Source: Trichosphaerium sp. ATCC 40318 (Eukaryota; Protista; Tubulinea). Taken from it: DNA of 64,000 nt. A model generated the notes under the pieces. It was given only the letters and a program-made list of their open reading frames with translations. It was not told the DNA's origin and did no database searches. This document shows, piece by piece, positions 13,072 through 26,851 of this stretch (position 1 is its first letter; every line of letters begins with the position of its first letter). A program made the position numbers and the translations under genes. The stretch lies in the NCBI GenBank assembly GCA_038496445.1, contig JALMLS010000577.1:682001-746000 (forward strand), written 5' to 3'.

Positions 13072-14425
13072 ATGCTGGTTACTAGAGTAAGGACAGTAGT
13101 GCGCCAAGGAGCGTCTAAAGAGCCTAAAATCACAAAACGAAGCTACTGTGCCGCTAAAGCCACCGAAACGGCATCTTTAGTGAGTACAGACTGGCTAAAG
13201 AGCAATGAAAAGACTGGAAACCTTAAAATTTTAGACGCAACATGGTAATAGCACTGAATCGTTTAATTTCTTATTCCCGCAAGGTTTATGCCAGGACCAT
13301 ACGCAAAAGACCCTACTGAAGAGTTTGAAAAGGACAAGATACCAGGTACGCTCAAAACGTCATACTTGCCTACTACTAGACGTGTACTCATAATACTTGC
13401 GTATAGGCGCTATTCAGTTCGATATTGATAAAATTTGCAAAGTTTACAAAACAGACTACCGTCCACTTCCCCATATGCTTCCACCTGTCGCTGAGTTCGT
13501 TAAAGCGATAAAACAAATGAAAATTGGAACAACTGATCACATTGGCACGTTCTCACCATGATTTCGTGTCAATACTAACTGTCTTCAAGTCGTTTACGAC
13601 AGATCAGATAAATATTTGGCATCTGCTCGTGTTTGGTGGATGTTTCGCGCTTTTGGCTTTGAACGTGTGTCAGTATTAAATGGAGGCTTGAAACACTTTA
13701 AAAAAGACATTGGCGACAAATGGAACCCTGTTGAATCGACTGTAAGTCACACAGTTCACCATAACACCACTTTTTTACAAAACTCTTCTAAATTGTTGTT
13801 ATTAGGCTACGCACTTGTATGATACGAACAAAAAACCATCAATAGTTGTTGATAAAGGCGCTATTCTAAAAAACCTTAAATCAAAAGAGCGTATAATTGT
13901 AGATGCTAGATCAAAAGATAGATTTGATGGTACTGGCGTAGAACCTAGATTAGGTTCTGCCAAGGGACATATACCAACGTCTAAAAACGTTCCTTTCACT
14001 GAACTTGTTGCAGAGTACGTACACAATAGCCTCGCTGCTCTACAAAAGGGATTTTAGTAAACCAATCTTTAACTGACACATTTCAAGTGATGGATTAATG
14101 AAAAATACGAACCAATTGAAGGATATTTTTGAAGAGCATGAAGTAGACACAGCAGCACCTATGATTGCAACATGCGGTTCAGGTACGCTCATCGCACCCG
14201 CCCACAGGTTTTGACCATACTTAGGTGTCTCAGCTTGCGTTCTCGCACTGGGATTACACCAACTTGGTAACCCAGATGTTTCTGTATATGACGCGTACTA
14301 ATAATAAAATGTGACACTATCACTTACTTACAATCCTTTTTAGCTCATGGGCTGAATGGGGCTTACCTTACAACAGACTCCCTATATGGACAACATACAC
14401 AAAGGGTGATCGCGAACCATTTTAA
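13072..14425 (+). CDS. Thiosulfate/3-mercaptopyruvate sulfurtransferase (tandem rhodanese), probably mitochondrial
   Basis: LVSTDWL, ILDATW, HMLP, SARVWWMFRAFG, VDARSKDRF, GHIP, active-site loop TCGSGVSAC, VYDASWAEW; Arg-rich N-terminal presequence. Confidence 0.92.
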
Positions 14426-14612
14426 GCGAAATAATGACAAAAAAAAACCTCAAGAGAGTGACAACCGGATTTCGTTTTTGGTATTCTGCAGTTCTATACC
14501 TCAATGACGCCTTGTTTTTTTTTGCAAAATGCAAAAAGCGATCCATGTAAAGAATAAATGACCAAACAATTTTATTACTAAAGTGCAAGATTACCTGCAC
14601 AGATATACATAC

Positions 14613-15428
14613 TTAGATGAGGTTACCACCGACTGGAGAACCGTGAATTACAGTCTCAATAAATTTGTTGTAGTTGATACGACCTTGAGAATCGGTATCA
14701 ATGTTTTGGAGTAAAACGTCGACCTAGTACTGCGTTAGTGCTCTATAAATACGGAATATTGTATCTACCTCTTTATGGGTCATGTATTCACCGAGGGTGA
14801 GGAGCATTTGCTTCAATTCAGACTCAAGGATTGTATTATCGTTGTTTGCGTCGAGTTCCTATAGAAATGGTTATTAATGCGCGCACAAGCGATAAAGCGC
14901 AACTTACTTTGAAGGTTTTGAGCATTTCGCTCTCTTGGCTCTCAGGAGCAGGGAATGGTTTGTTAACGGCATCGGTGAAGATTTTAAGGTTAATGAGTGT
15001 GTTTTTTCCTGCAAAGGTAAGTTAATACTTACTTCGGCCAAAAGTCGAAATAAGAGTCGTACCAATTTCCTTGTTCATCTTTTCAATCTGCACTTGGGTT
15101 GGGTTCTTTCCTGCGATTAGTTTAGCTCATCAGTTGCAAATCCGTTAAAATAAATACCTAGCGCTCTAATTCCGCAAGCAAGATCGGCCAATGTGATGAC
15201 ACCATCAGCGTCAGTATCGTAACTGTCGAAACCTGCGTGGAAATGAGTAATGAAAAAAGCGATTTAGGAACAGACAAAAATGCTCAAAAATAGGCGTGCA
15301 AGCCTATGGCATGCGAAATTTAGTGCAAACGAAGCTACGTACACATTTTAATATCTTTAGCGGTAAGTTTAGCCTAAGTAGTGTATTACGTTAGTTACCG
15401 GTAAGGTAAAGCAAAGACGAAGTACCAT
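14613..15428 (-). CDS. Calmodulin-like / myosin light chain EF-hand protein
   Basis: Spliced: FDSYDTDADGVIT..IRALGKNPTQVQIEKM..FKELDANNDNTILESELKQMLLTLGEYMTHKEVDVLLQNIDTDSQGRINYNKF. Confidence 0.85.
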
Positions 15429-15548
15429 TGTGGAAGAGTGGTTGAGTAGTCTTTTTTATATGGACTTAGAAGCCAAAGTCTAACTTAGTTGGGCGAAAAA
15501 CCTTTCCAAAAAAGCTTTGCGCGTGTCTCAGGCAGGCGTTAACCAATA

Positions 15549-18500
15549 ATGTCAATTGATACAGATGATGTAGAGGATTTAAACGCTAGTCCCGCATGGG
15601 AAAGCCAATCTGATAGAGAGTACGATAACGACTGGGGTACTGTCAAAATTGACGGCGAGATAGTGACATGGAACTCCTAGGCGACTTTAGGAGCGAGCAA
15701 ACGTTTAACCCGAAAGAAATGAACAAAGCGCCGCCAACGACGATAAAAGTAACCTCACGCAGAAAAGTGATACTTGGTGTCATCATAGGCGTAGTTGCTA
15801 CCATTATTTTGGTACAGCTCGCAAAATTTATCATTAATAATAACACGTATTGTAGGCGCTTATCATAGGCGAAATCGTAGTAGCATTAAGATCGAAAGCT
15901 TCAAAGAAAGCGGTTAACTGTGAACCACAAGCAAATGCGTCAACGAATGCCAATTGGGCGTCTGTACGCGTAATTATTTTAAATTACAGCTAATCGACTT
16001 GTTTCAGGCAAATACCGCCGTTCGTGCGTTCATGGATGATAAAGCTGATCCTTGCGGAGGTAATTTTTTCCTGCACAATTTGGCTACGGAAGTCTAATTT
16101 CTGTAGATTTTTACCAGTACGCTTGCGGAGGGTTCTTATCAACGCAGAAAATACCATCAGACTCAAATAGATGGGGAGTATTCTCAACAATCGAAAAGAG
16201 CAATGTTGAAATCAAAAAAAAAATCATGACCGCTGGATGGCCTGTACGTATAACTGAGTTAGTCCCTTATACTTGATACTCATATCTTACTAGTTAGTTG
16301 GCCCGCTTTATTCTGCTTGTATGAATGATGCTGGCACTGATAGGGGTGTAGCAGTATTACAACCATACTTGGATGTTATTGACGCTTTAGATTCATCGAA
16401 GGCGTAAGTACCTCTTTATTTGATGTGTTCAGGCTACTGTTTCTCTAATTTCCTTTTCTTTTCAGTGCTATAAAAACGAGCATTGCCCCAGTACTCGCAA
16501 CATTGCATAAGATGTCAGTTGGATCATTTTTCAGTTTCTCAGTTGACTCTTATTCGGTATGATCTTTGTCGGGAAGTATAGTGTTGTTAGGGTTAATGGT
16601 TGTATAGTTTGATCCAGCACATGTTATTGTTCATTTGGACCATGGTGGTATTACACTTTCAAGGACATATTACGTTGATGAGCGTCTTAAGGGGAAAGCA
16701 GAAACTGCAGTAAGTTCTAAGATGCATTTTTTTTTTACTTATTGTGGTAAGATTAAAAAACTGATTCATGATGCAATGGATAATTTAGGCATGACGCTCA
16801 CTGATGAGGTATGTTGTTAATATCATTGTTTTATTTTTACGCTAGCAACAAACCGTTAGAACAACGTACAATTGGTATTAGGTCTAATCTATCTGTTTCT
16901 AGCAAGTATCAGCTATCTACACATTGGAAGCTTTGTTGGCTGTTAATGAAATGCCTACTGCTCAAAGACGTAACCCTTATACTGTAAATAATATCAGAAC
17001 GATAGCTGAAGTTGTATCTATGACTGGAATCGACTTTTCAAAGTATTTTGCTGATATTGGCGTACAAACAAAATATTTGAATCAAATCAATGTTGTTGAT
17101 GTGCCTTTCATGGAAAAACTTGGAGATGTGATGGTTAATAATTCTGATACTGTCAAAAATTACCTAAAATGGCGCGTTGTAAACGCATACGGATCATATC
17201 TTGGCGATGCAATGAAGGTTTGTAATTCTCAAAGCCTTTCTTATGGTTTCGTATTTTGGATGTAACGTCTTTGTAGGACATCCGATTCGCCTTCAAAAAG
17301 ACTATGTATGGGGTTGAAGCACGCTCTGATAAATGGAAAGAGTGCATGTATGGCACAGCAAGTCTACTTGGTGAGCTTGTTGGTCATTATTTTGTGCAAG
17401 AGGCCTTTAGTGTACGCAGCTTTAATTTTTTTTTTTTTTTTTTTTTTGTGAAATCTATTGAAAATTTGGTTGAGTACGAGTTCATAATACTTTCTGTTTT
17501 GTGCGCTTTATCACTAACTGGCTAGAAACTATCAGCAAGTTCTCTTAGCTCAATCGGTCAGAGCATCTGTCTAATACACAGAAGGTTGTGAGTTCAAGTC
17601 TCATAGGGAACATTCAATTTTTTTTAATTTGCATACTTTTTTTTAGTTGGCTTAAAACTTGGAGACTCATAAGTCACTGTCGGGTGACCAATGTTAATTT
17701 TTAATAGGAAGAACAAAAAAACGAAGCTAAACATATCATTAAGAGTGTAGAAAATCAATTTGCTACAAATATAAGAGGCGCATCATGGTTAGATGCTACA
17801 ACAAAAACACGTGCTTTAGCAAAACTTAAAGCAATTACTGATGTTGTTGGATATCCTGATAAGTGGGATGAATACAACGCTATTGTTATGGATAAAGATA
17901 AGCTATTTGAGGCTGCTAAGGAAATGGTAGATCGCTCGTTTGAGCAAACGATTAAAAAACTTGACAAGCCACGTAAGAAAGAATATTTTTTCTCCTTATT
18001 TCTTCTGCAATCTCTGAGGCTCTTTTTCTTACTTCTTTGTAGTTGATAAATCAGAATGGTTTATGACTCCAGATGAAGTTAATGCTTATTATAACCCTGC
18101 TGTTAATGGTATTGTCATTCCAGCTGGTATTCTACGAGTAAGTGTTCTTCTATTTTATTTTTGTATTTTTAGAGTGCTTTGTTTCACTCGTTCTGGTCTG
18201 TTGTTAACAAGTTTGTTTAGGGTCATTTCTATAACCCAGAATTTCCTTTGGCTATGAAATATGGTGGTATTGGGTCTGTGGTTGGCCATGAACTAACACA
18301 TGGGTTTGATGATCAAGGAGCACAATTTGATTTGTATGTTTGTTTTGTACTGTTTACTAGTACCTGTACTAACTTATTTTATGCAGGAACGGTAATTTGT
18401 CGAACTGGTGGACAGCAGAAAGTTACAAACAGTTTAAAGAAAAAGCGAAATGTGTTGTTGATCTATATTCCTCTTACACAGTGTTGAATGGTTCGCGTCA

Positions 18501-19055
18501 CTTGAATGGTAGTCTAACAAACGGTACGTAACATTTGGCCGTTTGTTTTTTTTTTGTTCTTGTTTTTATCGATTGGAGTCTTTGTTTCGCGTAAAAAGGA
18601 GAGTTTGAGCGTCGTTGGTTGTTTTTACTAACGCGTTTTACAGGCGAAAATATAGCAGATATGGGTGGCGTTAAAACTTCATTTGGCGCGTTTAGAGAAG
18701 CTATGAGAACTTCAAGAGAGACAGAGGAAGCGATTAAAAAGTCATTTTCAATGACTGCCGATCAGTTGTACTTTGTCAGCTACGCGCAAAATTGGTGTAC
18801 TTTGTACAAGCCAGAACGTATCACATCGTACGTAGTAGTGTAAAACTGCGCACAACGACAATCGTTGTTTATCGTTTATATTTTCTTCTGTGGCATTAGT
18901 AACCTGTGTTTTATAGGCAAATTCTCACTGATCCGCACTCGCCTGGTAGATATCGCGTTGTTGGACCTCTTTCAAACTTTGACGAGTTTCATAAAGCTTT
19001 TAGTTGTAAGTCTGGTTCTTATATGAATCCCACAAAGCAATGCAGTGTATGGTGA
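15549..19055 (+). CDS. Peptidase M13 (neprilysin/endothelin-converting enzyme-like), type II membrane metalloprotease
   Basis: N-terminal TM segment; [13 protein letters not shown]; VNAYY; [12 protein letters not shown]; GENIADMGG; [10 protein letters not shown]; C-terminal CSVW. Confidence 0.95.
17539..17612 (+). tRNA. tRNA-Ile(AAU), inside an intron of the M13 peptidase gene
   Basis: Cloverleaf: acceptor GTTCTCT/AGGGAAC, D stem GCTC/GAGC, anticodon stem TCTGT/ACAGA with loop CT-AAT-AC, T arm GTGAG-TTCAAGT-CTCAT; oligo-T terminator downstream. Confidence 0.93.
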
Positions 19056-19212
19056 ATACGGTATTTGTGATGGTTTTTTCCCGTTTGTAAAAATTGTAGA
19101 TTGGCTCTTTCATGCTAATAAAGATGCCTTTAAGAATGATAGTTATAGATAGCTAGCGTTTCAACAAGCGACAGATTATGTATTGAATTTATTGTTTTAT
19201 GGAGATTCGCAG

Positions 19213-19383
19213 AGTGCTCACGTTAGCGTGTTCAGCGCATACTCTGGTTATTCTGTGTCTACACATTTTGGTTTGGCGCTATGGGATTAAAACCGTTGTA
19301 TTTTAGCGCCTGGGCGCGTTGGTACTGTGTAGCGTTACGTGATACACATTCCAGAGTATGGAGCACATTTGTAGTTGAGCACT
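19213..19383. other. Long nested intergenic hairpin (candidate structured ncRNA, pre-miRNA or MITE)
   Basis: Nested complementary pairs AGTGCTCA/TGAGCACT, CATACTCTGG/CCAGAGTATG, CTACACA/TGTGTAG, GGCGCTA/TAGCGCC. Confidence 0.55.
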
Positions 19384-19879
19384 AGGAACGTGTTTTCAAA
19401 AAACGAATAGACACACACTAGAAGCCACAAGGCATATCATTGAGTCTTTTCTACCTTATATTTACCTTGTACGCGTACGTAGAGGATTAGCGTAGACAAC
19501 TCTTCCACAACAGATATTTTTATTTTTTTTGTTTTTGGTACTTTCTTGGTTACCAAAACACTGATTATCTATCTTACAAAACATATTTAAAGTTCGTAGT
19601 GATTCTTACGAAACTCGTATTTGTCTTAGCTTCAGATATTTAATCGTACCACGTGTAGCGGATTGGATTCTGAAAAGATTATTTTTTTTTTTTTTTGTTT
19701 CTCCGATTCAGTAGTAAGATTCGTTTGCTTCGTGTTTTTAATGTTTAGTGGGTATTTACGAGCTCCAAAATATTGAATATCCTTTAGCTTGAAAAAATAC
19801 TCCCTCACGTCACGTGACGAGGCAAACTTCAAAACAGGATAAAAGAAACAACCCGAAAACAACGTAATACAGCGGCACC

Positions 19880-22800
19880 ATGATAAGTTGTCGGAAAAAT
19901 AGCGCACTGCAGCTACTGCTTGTACTGTCATTTTTTGCCACTTCAGTTGTGGCTTACAAAAACATAACTATACGCACGTGTTAAAGATAGTTTTGATTTT
20001 CTACACTAGCTATTTTCGGATTTTCTGATAGTTTGTAGTTTCTGTATTGAGTTGGGTACCTGGAGGCCAGAACTCAGAGTTTGTTGATCAAATATCGTAA
20101 GTATATACCACTTATCATTGTCCTGGTCGTCAATGATTCAAAATTACGGTATAAATTAACTGTCGTAGAATTCTTTACAACTATTTGGAAGATTGGATGG
20201 TTTCAAACGACGAGCTTATACAAATTGGAGACGAGAAAGTAGGCTTGCAATATCGGTACGATTTGACAAAATAATTGTTTCGTGATGACTTATGACATGT
20301 TATGAAGCATTGAGAATGGCATGGATAACCAAACGCTTATCAATCAGATCTATGAAGACGCTTTGAACGATCCTTCTATTTCTCTTTTCGTTGGTCCAAA
20401 ATCTGGACAATCAGATCCAATCATAGAAATGATGGAGAACGAGCGTCGATTGTTGAGTATGGTTCAAACAACAACACGATTAAAACCACTTACTCTCTTT
20501 TTAAGTGTCGGTTGGCAATTTGTTCAACACAAAACTGTCCAATTCGTCATATGCGTTATCTGTAGGATTGTCTACGGATACTTCTTTTTTTACGTCTCTA
20601 CCAGTGCTTCGTGTAGCTGGTGTTAAAACAATCACTTTAATTTATGGAGAGACAGACGACATTCTATCCGTTAGGTAATTGTTTGCTTTTTTATTTATTG
20701 GATTTTCTACGCATGTGATATGTCTAACGTACAAATGAACAGATGTAAAAGTGAAACCTTTAGATATGAACTCAGGGTGCAAGGATTTGAGATTGTTAGT
20801 GAACATGCATTGAAGGACCGTACGACTACGATCCGGCCTTTTTCGTAGTTTTTTAACTCTGTCTAGCTGATATTTTGTTCGCCTTCACGAGGAAAAATTA
20901 CACGGATTATCCCCTAGATGTACAGAAAAATATAACAGACACGGCATTGCTTGCTATGAAGTATGATGCAGACGCATGGTGAGTCTAAATTAGAGCTTTT
21001 TTTCCCGCATAATTTTACTTTTTTGGAAAAGGAACAAACGTGCTTTCAACTGTTTTTCTGGCTGACCTTTTAACAGGCTCTCGTGTGCTCTTTTAGTAGA
21101 TTCAACTGGTTTAATACTAGAGACTCTACGTGGAGAGGATTATACACCTCGGTATTTTGGATTGACAGAAGCAATTGATGAAATATTGACTTTCGACCAA
21201 GATAATTGGCAATACGTCAGTGCCGGAACTCAAGTAAGCTATTTATGAAACTCTTCAAAAGTGACAAGTGTTAATGCTTCAAAGTACAATCCAAACATGG
21301 AATTTGGAGCCGCAAGGACTCTTGGAATGTTTAACGACTTCAGAGATGATATTGAAGCCTTGAGTGGAGTACCACTCAAAGCTCAGGCTCCTGCTTATGC
21401 AGCAATGTTTGTGATGTTTAAAACGGCTATTGAGAATGTCATATCACAGCAACGTAATAGAGCACCAGTACTTGTAAGTCACATTTAGACTGCAGCCGAA
21501 AAAATTGACACGTGTTTAGTTGGACAGTAACTCAGCCCTAAAACTTGGTGGCAACAGTACCTGTCCTTGTGCTTCTAATAATGTACGTCAATTGATAAGT
21601 AAGATATAAGAGATTAACATGTAGCTTAGATCTATGATTTGCTCTACGATACTATTTTTCAATTCAAGATTGATACTATTTCGGGTCGGTATTCGTGGGA
21701 TTCCAACCGCTTACAACAAAGGTACAATTGAAAAGCAAGTTTCATATCATAGCACTAAAGTTGTGTAGGGAGTGGTTATACATGCAAATACAGCACGAAG
21801 GAAACTTCACACTCATAGGCAAGTAATGTTTTTGTTTGGATTGTAGATACTAACAGGGTTTTTCACTTTCAGGACCACCTGCAACGAAGAGAGCTGACTT
21901 GATTTATCCAATGCCAAAATGGCATGAACGTGTATTTGACCCTCACTATGGTCATTGGACTGAAATCTTGGTTTCATTAGTTGCTATTATACTGCTATGC
22001 GTAAGTATAGGATGGGCTGTATTCTTGGTTGTGAACTTAGCACAACCGAAAGTGAAGGTAACAGAAACTCAACAGTTGAGTCGGCCTACAAGTGTCATTT
22101 TTTTATTGTTTAGGCTTCCTCACCGCTATTCATGGGTTTGATGTTGATCGGTAGTGCATTAGTGTATTTGTCTGTATTTTCTTTACTTCCTAATGTTGTT
22201 TCAACGTTCACGTGTACATTTATGCCTTGGATCCTTGATCTCGGGTTCATTTTATTATTCGGGTATGACACCGACTTTCTTGGTTTTTCTGAACGTTGCT
22301 ACTAGAGTACGATTTTAATGTTTCTATTTAGGCCTTTGTTTGCAAAGACACTTCGTATTGATAGGTTGTACAGTAACAAATCAGCAGACATATTCATGAT
22401 CAGTGATAAAATGGTGTTGTTGTGGGTTGGCATTCTTGTCATTGGTCATATTATTCTGCTTACCATACTGGTATTGTGTTTTTTGTTTCCCAAAATAGCC
22501 ACAGCTTTCGAATACTTACTGTTCTTTAGACAGCCGTTGGAAGGTCTGAGAAACACTTAGTCGTTGTTGATCCTATTCTTGTGTATCAAAACTACTACAC
22601 GTGTACAGCGAGTGTTGCTTACAAAGCGATATTATACATAATCTGTGCATCCAATGTATGTCAACTTTGCCAATCGTTTTTTTTTAAGTGTTTGTATTTC
22701 TCTGTGTACTTATTGTCTTGCTTTATAGGGTATCTTATTATTGGTATGTAGTGTTGTTGCTTTCAGAGTTCGTGCGATACCTATCAAGAGATTCAATGAG

Positions 22801-23226
22801 TCAAAGATTATTTTCTTTGCTGTATACAATGTCACTTTCTTTGCATTCTTAAGCTTTGCCTTGGCAGCAGCAAATATAGACCGTTTCATAAAGTTTGCTC
22901 TAGTAGCAATTTTCATATTGTTTGGAGCAGGTACAATACACATTTCTTCATTTCTGAGAGTAACACGTGTCAATTTTTTACAGGGATCACTGTCAATTCG
23001 TTTTTCCTTCATAAAACACAGGCAGGAAAATTTATGGATTCTGTTGGATCAACCAAGATTTTCTCTGGTAGCATAAATACGTAAGTGTTTTATTATTATT
23101 TTTACACGTGTACAACAATACTTAAGAGAAACCTTTTTTTTTGCATCTTTTCTTTTTTTTTCTTCGTAGTGCCTTACCCTTTTTTGTAATAGTAATACTT
23201 CTTCAGTAAAAGCGCAAGTTGAATAA
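19880..23226 (+). CDS. Class C (GABA-B/Grl-like) G-protein-coupled receptor
   Basis: Signal peptide, large periplasmic-binding-like ectodomain, then 7TM with GFILLFGALFAKTLRI and PIKRFNESKIIFFAVYN, typical of family 3 GPCRs. Confidence 0.88.
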
Positions 23227-23751
23227 TAGTGTTAATAAAAAATCACAAGACCAAACCTTTAGTTGTAATGCCGTTCAACACACTTTCTAAGAGGAATATA
23301 GATCAACTACACATTTCGCTTTTTCTTTAAACTGTTTGGAACTTTCTGCTGTCCACCAGTTCGATAGTACTTCACACAAAGTTTAAGTTGTGCTTGTAAA
23401 AATGGAGTTTTCACACTTGTTCACCTGGTTTCTTTGTTGCACTGGTATACAACGTAGCTAAAACAGCTTTTTCTTCAAGTCTAATCAAACTTGCACTGTA
23501 AAATCATCACCTACAATGCAAATGACACGAGACTACAACAAAAAGTATTGGATAGCAGTTGTTTCAAACCAAACCCACTCCTATAACGCTCCAGCCTCTT
23601 ATTGTCCTTGACTTAAATACTTAATAAACATCTTTTCATTCTAACCTCTAAACACTATGGCCTTAATTCTTGGCGAAAAGGAACAGACAAAAAAAATTAA
23701 AAATGAAAGCAAGAGCTGTTTTAATCCATTGCAAAAACGGAAAAAATTACA

Positions 23752-26052
23752 CTACAAATACAACTTATGTTTTTTGACATACGCCAATACTTTTTTGTGA
23801 AGCATTGTACTGAGCTGTTTCTCATTCTCTTCAAAAGATTGAAAAAGTGACCGAATCGAGGTTGAACTCAGCGTACGCTAAAATATCAGGTGAGTTGAAG
23901 TGACTACACTCAGTTGTACCTCATTACAATCATTGATGATAAAAACACGTTCAGATTCTTTAAAACGTGACATCTTGTGTTCATATCCATTTCGTCTGAG
24001 TGCAGCAAGTTTGTACTTTGAGTCTATAAAGTTGAGTGCAGTTGAGACTGAGTCAGCGCCAACCAATGCAACTAGTGTAACCGGTATACCTATTTTATCA
24101 AGCGGTCAAACGACGTAACAGAGTATTTCGCACATTGTTTGGAGAATATCGCTTGTATGTTATCTAGATATTGTGAATTCCTTAGCTGTGACCTATTTTT
24201 AATGTAAACTTGAAGGTGTTTGAGGAGGAAACAAACCTATCCACCATTATATCTGTGTCTTCTACGGCCTTTTGGACCATTTCATATCGATGGAAGAAAG
24301 GTATATGAGTTCCCTAAAGGTTATTATAACTTATACGGATAGAGTTTTTGATTACTTACGCTTAGTTTTCTACTGACCCATGAATCCTTTGCAAGCGACA
24401 TATAAGTCGCAATAACATTGTATCCTTCTTTAGTAAAATGATTTGAAGCGTCATGAATCACTTTAACATGATTGGTATGAACAGGACAGAACGAACCACT
24501 AACAAAAGGGTAAGATCCAAAATAAGAAAAAACGGAGAACAACCTTAACACTAGCACTAGGTTTTTGGAAGGATCAGCTTCAAACTTCTAAGAAAGGTAT
24601 TAGTTTATATATTCTATCAATAGTATGTTTATACCTTAATCTTGTTGTATGGAGTGCTTGAATAGAAGGGGTACTTTGGAAGAACCTTACCAACAATATC
24701 ACTTAAAAGTTTTGAACATATTGTATCAATCTTTTTCAAAGCAGCTTGTGTACCTAAATAGAAACTAAATCAACGACTAAGTGTTTTTTTACCACGGAAA
24801 AATACAAGTTTTTACAGCTATTGTTATCGAAAAAAACCCCACAAAGTTAATATGAGCGAAATAGTGGTGGCTTGATTCTTGTTGACAACTTTTTTCGTTT
24901 GTGGTGGAACTTACCAATGTTATTGTAAAAATACATGTTAAAGTAAGCCAAGTACATTTGATGGCGTTCTTCAAATCGGTTTGTTTTAGGTATAATCTGG
25001 TGGTATGAGTCCATAAAAGCCTTTGGAGGCGGTTTCCACAGGCTCATAAAACTGAGTTCGAATTCACTAATTTTGTAGTAAGTATCGTGTTTTTAACGGT
25101 CGTTAGTTGTACTTGTGGGCGTAACAAGCTTGTGAATCAAACAATACTATTTCTCCCTTATCAGTGACTCCCCAGTTTTCAGAATGCATATCTCCATGCG
25201 TAAGAACCGGCTTAATTGTACTTTCTATGCCTGTATTGACAAGTTATCAAAGACCGTTCGATTTTGTCTTTATGATACCTTCAAAGAACCAAGGTAAGCA
25301 ATCCAATACTTGGTCAAGCATACAGCAGATAGGGTAAGCTTCTGGGTGTAAATTTGTTTTTAACTGAGTTACGCCTGGAGCAAATCTTTGTTCCTTAAAA
25401 AATGTGATCCAGTTTTCTTCCCAACCATTCTTTGTGGTCAAATTATCGGCAACAATATTGTGTTGGAACCCAAACTTGCCATCTACCGAACATTTTAATG
25501 TTAGGAATATATATGCTAGCAAATATTTGTTTGTAACGTACTATCGGAGATTCCCTGAGAATGCAATTGAGCTAGCTTTTTACCAAATTCAACATGATTC
25601 TTTGATGTCTTTTTCACGAAGTTAAAGTACTCTATTAAAATAAAGTATCCTTGAATAGATACTAAATCTCCATGGCAGAACACCTTGGGAGTACGAAAAA
25701 TGCCCGTATCAGCAATAGAATGCAAACTATTGATTTCCAATTCAAGCGCTTGTTTTCCTGTTTTATTCCTATTTATCTATGAATTCGTGAGACTAAAGAT
25801 CTTGTGTGAAGTACGGTATACCTTCAAAAAGTAGGAATCTCCATTCTTTGTTGTAATGAAGAAGCATATATTCATTTTTGCTTTCACAGGTCTTACGTCA
25901 ATATCTAGCCCAAGGTGTTTTTGTAGTAGTATATTCTCAGAAATCTCTTTTGTTAGTTGATTGACTGTCATTGCCATTCGCTTATAAAACTGTTTCTGAG
26001 GTGTTGCTACAGCAGATTTCTTTGCTTTTGGAATAGTCGGAGCACTATCCAT
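23752..26052 (-). CDS. Fructosamine-3-kinase-like domain fused to NMNAT/NadD-type nucleotidyltransferase
   Basis: Kinase motifs: YFLK, FGKKLAQLH, FGF..N...NGWEENWITFFKEQR, LTHGDMHSENWG, FDSQACYAH, EFEL. Transferase motifs: SGSFCPVHTNH, LVGADS, LSSTSIR, VLAYVKKHKLY*. Confidence 0.85.
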
Positions 26053-26851
26053 ATCGACACCCTCGGCTATAAGCAATTGTTGCTGTAACCTTCCACGCGA
26101 AGTTGCTGTAATAATACCAGTATTAGGCTTTTGATACCTCCGCTCACTTACATTTTCTTGTCTGCAGCGACGCTCCAATAGAACGTTTGCCAGCGTAAAT
26201 AACGCGCCACCATGGTATATCTCTACTTGAAGACGGGACACCTCAACAATATGTTGTTTAAAGTTTTTCATTGAAAAATGACATTAAGAGATTAATCAGT
26301 TATTTTCAAGGGCTTTTAAGAAACGCCGTACGATTTATAAAACCTGCTGTAGCTCTTGCGCCAAGCGGTACGCCAGCTGCACTCGCTAATTGTTGGAATG
26401 TAACTACAGTCCCCTTTTTGTTGGTTAAAACGACCACTGACGCTTAAATAAACGCACTTTAGGTACTTTAAGCAGTGCTGTGGTGTATTTATTAGTTGGT
26501 TTCTCTTTCAAACGTTTCAGCCTCTTTTTAGGCGGTTCTGACATACCACGAAGTTAGATTACCTTGCTAGGCGTTGAGTTTATGAAAAGTTGACAACTTG
26601 TAACCTTGTATGGCTACCTTAACAGACAGAACTTAAAAAGCACGTATCAGTTTCTTTACTCCTTTGGTAGTTTGAGAATCCTTTATCATTCCATTTTCCG
26701 AACAGTATAAAAGTGTCAAATGATTGTACACAACTTTGCTTAACAATTCAGAGAATGTTCGCTAATCAGGGACGCCCCTGAGCTCAATACTTTGATTTAA
26801 GTGGTGGACAAGGTCTATCGAGTGGTATATTTACCTCTATTGAATACCAAC

